Shown here piece by piece: positions 55,801 through 64,000 of a DNA stretch of 64,000 bases (the stretch's first letter is position 1; every line of letters begins with the position of its first letter). This stretch comes from the human T2T-CHM13v2.0 reference genome, Homo sapiens. The notes beneath the pieces are model-generated. The model was not told the origin of the DNA, did not search any database, and saw nothing but the letters and a program-made list of their open reading frames with translations. The stretch lies in NCBI RefSeq assembly GCF_009914755.1, contig NC_060947.1, one strand, 5' to 3'. The position numbers and the translations under genes were made by a program.

Positions 55801-58800
55801 ATCTTCACATAAAAACTTCACAGAAGCATTCTGAGAAACTTCTTCATGATGTGTGCATTCAACTCACAGAGTTGAACCTATTTTTTGATTGAGCAGTTTT
55901 GAAAATGTCTTTTTGTAGAATCTGCAAGTGGATATTTGGAGCCATTTGCTGCCTGTGGTGGAAAAGGAAATATCTTCACCTAAAAACTACACAGAATCAT
56001 TCTGAGAAACCTCTTTGTGATGTGTGCATTCAACTCACAGAGTTGAACCTATCTTTTGGTGGAGCACTTTGGAAACACTCTTTTTGAAGAATCTGCCAGT
56101 GGATATTTAGAGCCCGTTACTGCCTTTGGTGGAAAAGGAAATATCTTCACATAAAAACTACACAGAAGTATTCTGACAAACTTCTTTGTGATATGTGCAT
56201 TCAGCTCTCAGAGTTGAAGCTTTCTTTTGATTGAGCAGTTTTGAAACACTTTTTTGCGTAATCTGCAAGTGGATATTTCGAGTGCTTTGAGGCCTATCGC
56301 AGAAAAGGAAATATCTTCACATAAAATCTTCACAGAAGCATTCGGAGAAACTTCTTTGTGATGTGTGCACTCAACTGACAGAGTCGAACCTGTCTTTCGA
56401 TTGAGTAGTATTGAAACTTTCTTTTTGGAGAATCTGAATGTGGATATTTAGAGCCCTTTGCGGCCTATTTTGGAAAAGGAAATATTTTCACATAAAAACT
56501 ATCCAGAAGCATTCTGAGAAACTTCTTTTTGATGTGTGCATTCCTCTCACAGAGTTAAATCTCTCCTTTGTTTGAGCAGTTTTTAAAAACTTTTTTTTGT
56601 AGAATCTGTAAGGGGATATTTGGAGAGCTTTGAGGCCTACTCTGGAAAAGGAAATATCTTCACATAAAAACCAGACAGAAGCATTCTGAGAAACTTCTTT
56701 GCAATGTGTGCATTCGTCTCACAGAGTTGAAGATTTCTTTTGATGGAGCAGTTCTGAAACACTCTTTTTGTAGAATCCGCAAGTGGATATTTGGAGCGCT
56801 TTGAGGCCTATTGTGGAAAAGGAAATATCTTCACATAGAAACTACAGAGAAGCATTCTGAGAATCTTCTCTGGGATGTGTGCATTCATCTCACAGAGTTG
56901 AAACTTTGTTTTGATTGAGCAGTTTGAAAACACTCTTTTTGTACTATCTGCAAGTGGATATTTGGAGCGCTTTGTGACCTGTAGTGGAAAAGAAAATATC
57001 TTCACATAAAAACTACACAGAAGCATTCTGAGAAACTTCATTGTGATGTAAGCATTCAACTCACAGAGTTGAACATATCTTTTGATTGAGCAGTTTTGAA
57101 ACACTGTTTTTGTAGAATCTGCAAGTGGATATTTGGAGCCCTTTGCTGCCTACGGTGGAAAAGGTAATATCTTCACATAAAAACTACACTACCCTGAAGC
57201 ATTCTGAGAAACTTCCTTCTGATGTGTGCATTCATCTCACAGAATTGAACTTTTCTTTTGTTTGAGCAGTTTTGTAATACTCTTTTTGTAGAATCTGCAA
57301 ATGGATATTTGTAGTACATAGGGGCCTACTGTGGAATAGGAAGTGTCTTCACATAAAAACTACACTGAAGCATTCTGAGAAACTTCTTTGCGATGTGTGC
57401 AAGCATCTCACAGAGTCAAAGATTTCTTTTGATGGAGCCGTTTTGAAACACTCTTTTTATAGAATCTGGAAGTGGATATTTGGAGTGCTTTGTAGTCTAT
57501 GTTGGAAAAGGAAATATCTTCAAATAAAAACTACACAGAAGCATTCAGAGAAACTTCTTTGTGATGTGTGCATTCAACTCACAGAGTTGAACCCACCTTT
57601 TGATTGAGCAGTTTTGAAACTCTCTTTTTGTAGAATCTGCTAGTGGATATTTGGAGCCTTTTGCTGCCTATTGTGGAAAAGGAAATATCTTCACATAAAA
57701 ACTACAGAGAAGTATTCTGAGAAAATTCTTTGTGATGTGTGCATTCAGCTCTCAGATTTGAAACGTTCTTTTGATTGAGCAGTTTTGAAACACTGTTTTT
57801 GTAGCATCTGCAAGTGGATATTTGGAGCGCTTTGAAGCCTCTTGTGGAAAAGGAAATATCTTCAGATTAAAACTGCACAGAAGCATTCTGAGAAACTTTT
57901 TTGCAATTTGTGCTTTCATCTCACAGAGTTGAACCTTCCTTTTGTTTGAGCAGCTTTGAAACACTCCTCTTTTTGTAGGATCTGCAATTGGATATTTGGA
58001 GCTCTTCCAGGCCTATTGTGGAAAAGGAAATGTCTTCACATAAAAACTATACAGAAGCATTCTGAGAAACTTCTTTGTGATGTGTGCATTCAACTCAAAG
58101 AGTTGAAGATATCTTGTGATGGAGCAGTTTGGAAACACTGTTTTTGAAGAATCTACAAGTGGATATTTGGAGCCCTTTACTGCCTGTGGTGGAAAAGGAA
58201 ATATCTTCACCTAAAATCTACACAGAAGTATTCTGACAAACTTCTTTGTGATGTGTGCATTCAGCTCACAGAGTTGAACTTTTATTTTGATTGAGCGGTT
58301 TTGAAACACTGTTTTTGCAGCATCTGCAAGTGGATGTTTAGAGCTCTTTGAGGCCTATTATGGAAAAGGAAATATCTTCACATAAAAATTACACAGAAGC
58401 ATTCTGAGAAAATTGTTTGTGATGTGTGCATTCAAGTCACAGAGTTGAACCTATCTTTTGTTTGAGCAGCTTTGAAACTCTCTTTTTGTAGAATCTGCAA
58501 ATGTATATTTGTAGACCTTTGCTGCCTATGGTGGAAAAGGAAATATCTTCACATAAAAGCTACAGAGAAGTATTCTGAGAAACTTCCTTGTGATGTGTGC
58601 ATTCAACTCACAGAGTTGAACCTTTCTTTTGATTGAGCAGTTTTGAAACACGGTTTTTGTAGGATCTGCAAGTGGATATTTGGAGTGTTTTGAGGCCTAT
58701 TGTGGAAAAGGAAATATCTTCACATAAAAACTACCCAGAAGCATTCTGAGAAACTTCTTTACGGTGTGTGGATTCAACTCACATCGTTGAACCTTTCTTT

Positions 58801-61800
58801 TGATTGAGCAGTTTTGAAACTCTCTTTTTGTAGAATCTGCAAGTGGATGTTTATTTCCCTTTGAGGCCTATGTTAAAAAATGAAATATCTTCACATAAAT
58901 ACTAGACAGAGGCCTTCTCAGAAACTTCTTTGTGATGTGTGCATTCAAGTCACAGAGTTTAACCTTTCTATTCATAGAGCAGTTTTGACACACCCTTTCT
59001 GTAGAATCTGCAAGTGTATATTTTGAGGGCTTTCAGGACAATGGTCAAAAACGAAATATCTTCACATACAAACTAGACAGAAGCATTCTCAGAAACTTCT
59101 TTGTGATGTGGACATTCAACTCACACACTTGAACCTTTCTTTTGTTTGAGCATTTTTGAAACCCACTTTTTGTAGGATCTGCAAGTGGATATTTGGAGCG
59201 CTTTGGTACCTACTGTGGAAAAGGGTATATCTTGACATAAAAACACACAGAAACATTCTGAGAAACTTCTTTCTCAGATGAGTGCATTCATGTCACACAG
59301 TTGAAGATTTCTTTTTATGGAGCAGTTTTGAAACACTCTTTTTGAAAAATCTGCAAGTGGATATTTCGAGTGCTTTGAGGCCTATTGCAGAAAAGGAAAT
59401 ATCTTCACAAAAAAACTACACAGAAGCATTCTGAGAAACTACTTTGGGATCTGTGCCTTCATCTCACAGATTTGAAACTCTGTTTTGATTGAGCAGTTTG
59501 GAAACACCCTTTTTGTAGAATCTACTAGTGGATATTTGGTGCGCTTTCAGGACAATTGTGGAAAAGGAAATATCGTCACATAAAAAATACACAGAAGCAT
59601 TCTGAGAAACTTATTTGTGATGTGTGGATTCAACTCACAGAGTTGAAACTATCTTTTGTTTGAGCTGTTTTGAAACTCTCTTTTTGTAGAATCTGCAAGA
59701 ACATATTTGGAGCCTTTGCTGCCTTTCATGGAAAAGGAAATATCTTCCCATAAAAACTACACAGAAGTGTTCTGAGAAACTTATTTGCGATGTGTGCATT
59801 CCACTCAGAGTTGAACCTTTCTTTTGATTGAGCAGTTTTGAAATACTCTTTGAGTAGCATCTGCAAGTGGATATTTGGAGCCCTTTGATGCCTCTTGTGG
59901 CAAAGGAAATATCTTCACTTAAAAAGTACACAGAAGCATTCGGAGAAACTTCTTTGCGATGTATGCATTCATCTCACAGAGTTGAACCTTTCTTTTGTTT
60001 GAGCAGTTTTGAAACACTCTTTTTGTAGAATCTGCAAGTGGATATTTCGAGCTCTTTCTGGTCTATTGTGGAAATGGAGATAACTTCACATAAAAAGTAC
60101 ACAGAAATATTCTGAGAAACTTATTTGTGATGTGTGCATTCATCTCACAGTGTTGAAGCTTTCTTTTGTTTGAGCAGTTTTGAAACAATCTTTTTGTAGA
60201 ATCTGCAAGTGGATATTTGGAGCGCTTTGAGGCCTGTTGTGGAAAAGGAAATATCTTCACATAAAAACTACTCAGAAGCATTCTGAGAAACTTCTTTGGG
60301 ATGAGTGCATTCAACTCACAGAGTTGAAACTATCTTTTGATTGAGCAGCTTTGAAACTCTGTTTTTGTAGAATCTGCCTGTGGATATTTACAGCCCTTTT
60401 GTGGTCTATGGTGGAAAATTAAATATCTTCACATAAAAACCACACAGAAGCATTCTGAGAAACTTCTTTGTGATGTGTGTATTCAAATCATAAAATTGAA
60501 ACTATTTTTTGATTGAGCAGTTTTGAATCTCTCATTTTGTAGGACCTGCAAGTGGATATTTGGAGCCCTTTGCAGCCCATTGTGGAGAAGGAAATATCTT
60601 CACATAGAAACTACACAGAAGCATTCTGAGAAATTTCTTTGGGATGTGTGCATTCATCTCACAGAGTTGAAACTTTCCTTTGTTTAGGCAGTTTTGAAAC
60701 ACTCTTTTTGTAGAATCTGCTAGTGGATATTTGGAGGGTTTGGGGCCTACTGTGCAAAATGAAATATCTTCAAATAAAATCTACACAGAAGCATTCTGAG
60801 AAACTTCTTTGTGATGTGAGCATTCATATCACAGAATTGAACCTTTGTTTAGATTGAGTAGTTTTGAAACACTCTTTTTATAGAATCTGCAAGTGGATAT
60901 TTGGAGAGCTTAGAGGCCTATTGTGGAAAAGGAAATATCTTCACATAAAAACTTCCCAGAAGCATTCTGAGAAATTTCTTTGCAATGTGTGCATTCATCT
61001 CACAGAGTTGAAGCTTTCTTTTGATTGAGCAGTCTTAAAACACTTTTTGTAGAATCTGCAAGGGGATATTTGGAGTGCGTCGAGGCCTATTGTGGAAAAG
61101 ATAATATCTTCACATAAAAACTGCACAGAAGCATTCTGGGAAACTCCTTTGTCATGTGTTCATTTAACTCACAGAGTCAAACCTATCGTTTGATGGAGCA
61201 GTTTTGAAATTCCTCTGTTTTTGTAGAATCTGCAAGTTGATTTTTAGAGCCCTTTTGCCGTCTATGGTGGAAAACGAAATATCTTCACATAAAAACTACA
61301 CAGAAGCATTCTGAGAAACTTCTTTGTGATGTGTGCATTAAACACACAGAGTTGAACCTATCTTTTGATTGAGAAGTTTGGAAACAATCTTTTTGTAGAA
61401 TCTGCAAGTGGATGTTTAGAGTGCTTTGAGGCCTTTAGTGGAAAAGGAAATATCTTCACATAAAAACCACACAGAAGCATTCTGAGAAACTTCTTTGTGA
61501 TATGTGCATTCAGCTCACAGATTTGAACCTATCTTTTGATTTAGCAGTTTTGAATGTCTCTTTTTGTCGAATCTGGAATTGAATACTTGGAGACCTTTGT
61601 GACCAATTTTGGAAAAGGAAATATCTTCACATAAAAACTACACATAAGCATTGTGAGAAATTTCTTTGTGATGTGTGCATTCATCTCACAGAATTGAACC
61701 TTTCTTTAGATTGAGCAGTTTTGAAACACTCTTTTTATAGAGTCTGCAAGTGGACATTTGGAGTGCTTTGAGGTCTATTGTGGAAAAGGAAATATCTTCA

Positions 61801-63787
61801 CATAGAAACTACACAGAAGCATTCTGAGAAACTTCTTTGTGATGTGCACATTCATCTCACGGAGTTGAAACTTTCCTTTGATTGAGCAGTTTTGAAACAG
61901 TCTTTTTGTAGAATCTGCAAGAAGATATTTGGAGAGTTTTGTGGCCCACGGTGGAAAAGGAAATATCTTCACATAAAAACCACACAGAAGCATTCTGAGA
62001 AACTTCTTTGCGATGTGTGCATTCCACTCACAGAGTTGAACCTATCTTTTGATTGAGCAGTTTTGAATCTCTCTTTCTGGAGAATCTGCAAGTGGATATT
62101 TGGAGAACTTTGTGGCCAATTTTGGGGAAGGAAATATCTTCACATAAAAACTACACAGAAGCATTCTGAGAAACATCTTTGTGATGTGTGTATTCAACCC
62201 ATCGAATTCAACCTATATTTTGATTAAGCAGTTTTGAATCTCTCGTTTTGTAGAATCTACAAGTGGATATTTAGTGCCATTTGCTGCCTATTTTGGAAAA
62301 GGAAATATCTTCACATAAAAACTACACAGAAGCATTCTGAGACATTTCTTTGTGATGTGTGCATTCCTCTCACAGAGTTGAACCTCTCTTTTGTTTGAGC
62401 AGTTTTGAAACACACTTTAGGTAGAATCTGCAAGTAGATATTTGGAGCACTTTGGGGCCTATTGTGGAAATGGAAATATCTTCACATATAAACTACACAG
62501 AAGCATTCTGAGAAACTTCTTTGTGATTTGTGCATTCAACTCACAGAGTTGAACCTTTCTTTTGATGGAGCAGTTTTGAAACTGACTTTATGGAAAATCT
62601 GCAAGTGGATATTTGGAGCACTTTGAGGCCTATGTTGGAAAAGGAAATATCTTCACATAAAAACTACACAGAAGCATTCTGAGTAACTTCTTTTTGATGT
62701 GTGGATTCCCCTCACAGAATTGAACCTTTCTTTAGATTGAGCAGTTTAGAATCACTCTTTTTATAGAATCTACAAGTGGATATTTGGAGCACTTTGAGGC
62801 CTACTGTGGAAAAGGAAATATCTTGCCATAAAAACTGCACTGAAGCTTTCTGAGAAACTTCTCTGGGATGTGTGCATTCAACTCATAGGGTTCAAACTTT
62901 TTTTGATTGAGCAGTTTGGAAACACTTTTTTTGTAGAATCTGCAAGTGTATAATTGGAGCACTTTGAGGCCTATGGTGGAAAAGGAAATATCTTCACATA
63001 ACTACACAGAAGCATTCTGAGAAACTTCTTTGCAATCTGTGCATTCGTCTCACAGAGTTGAACCTTTCTTTTAATGAGCAGTTTGGAAACACTGTTTTTG
63101 CAGAATCTGTAAGTGGATATTTGGAGCACTTTGAGGTCTATTGTGGAAAAGGAAAGATCTTCACATAAAATCTACACAGAAGCATTCAGAGAAACTTCTT
63201 TCAGTTGTGTGCATATATTTGACAGAGTTGAACCCATATTTTGACTGAGCAGTTTTGAAACCCACTTTTTGTAGAATCGGCAAGTGGATATTTAGAGCCC
63301 TTTGCAGCCTATGGTTTAAAAGTTAATATCTTCACATAAAAACTACACAGAAACATTGTGAGAAACATATTTGTGATATGTATATTCAAATCATAGAATA
63401 GGACCTATCTATCTTTTTATTGAGCAGTTTTGAATCTGTCATTTTGTAGAATCTCCAAGTGGATATTAAGAGCCCTTTGCGGCCTATTTTGGAAAAGGAA
63501 ATATCTTCACATAAAAACTACCCGGAAGCATTCTGAGAAACTTCTTTGTGATTTTTGCACTCATCTCACAGAGTTGAACCTTTCTTTTGTTTGAGCATTT
63601 TTGAAACCCTCATTTTGTAGAATCTGCAAGTGGATATTTGGAGTGCTTTGGGACCTACTGTGGAAAAGGATATACCTTGACATAAAAACTACACTGAAGC
63701 ATTCTGAGAAACTTCTTTGAGATGTGTTCATTCATCTCACAGAGTTGAAGATTTCTTTTGATGGAGCAGTTTTGAAATAATCTTTTT
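46865..63787 (+). repeat. Monomeric alpha-satellite, older box-free layer with local monomer-block duplications
   Basis: ~171-bp monomers with CATTCTGAGAAAC / GATTGAGCAG; no CENP-B boxes seen. Confidence 0.96.
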
Positions 63788-64000
63788 TTTAAATTTTTTT
63801 TATAATACTTTTAGGGTACATGTGCACATTGTGCAGGTTAGTTACATATGTATACATGTGCCATGCTGGTGCGCTGCACCCACTAACTCATCATCTAGCA
63901 GTAGGTATATCTCCCAATGCTATCCCTTCCCCCTTTCCCCACCCCAGAAAAGTCCCCAGAGTGTGATATTCCCCTTCCTGTGTCCAAAATGATGAGTTCA
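63788..64000 (-). mobile_element. Short LINE-1 3' end, L1PA2-like, with internal inversion; runs off the window
   Basis: T-tail then antisense 3'UTR (CATGCTGGTGCGCTGCACCCACTAACTCATCATCTAGC) to 63986, followed by sense-strand L1 sequence AAAATGATGAGTTCA. Confidence 0.92.

Overview
Primate (human or great-ape type) pericentromeric DNA with no genes of its own. About 85% is divergent ~171-bp alpha-satellite (strand convention: + is the orientation in which the CENP-B box reads CTTCGTTGGAAACGGGA). Positions 1-4369 run in the opposite orientation to the rest, with a sharp inversion junction at ~4369. From 1 to ~24.1 kb, A-type and CENP-B-box-type monomers alternate irregularly (SF5/R1R2-like), with 7 boxes that keep the binding core and relics of multi-monomer duplications. 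From ~24.1 kb the array switches in phase to an older, box-free monomeric type (SF4-like) that holds three LINE-1 insertions. These are a full-length, decayed L1PA3-like copy (30332-36505) followed by an ~850-bp probable 3' transduction and lacking a TSD, a 1.7-kb 5'-truncated L1PA2-like copy on the minus strand with an 8-bp TSD, and a short L1PA2-like copy at the right edge showing a probable twin-priming inversion. The satellite ORFs in the track are artefacts of a 57-codon repeat. I found no convincing new biological system. The most notable observations are the transduction, a shared L1 landing site within the monomer, the near-palindromic inversion junction and the layered mosaic history of the array. 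Subfamily and layer assignments were made by eye from remembered consensus features and need computational confirmation.
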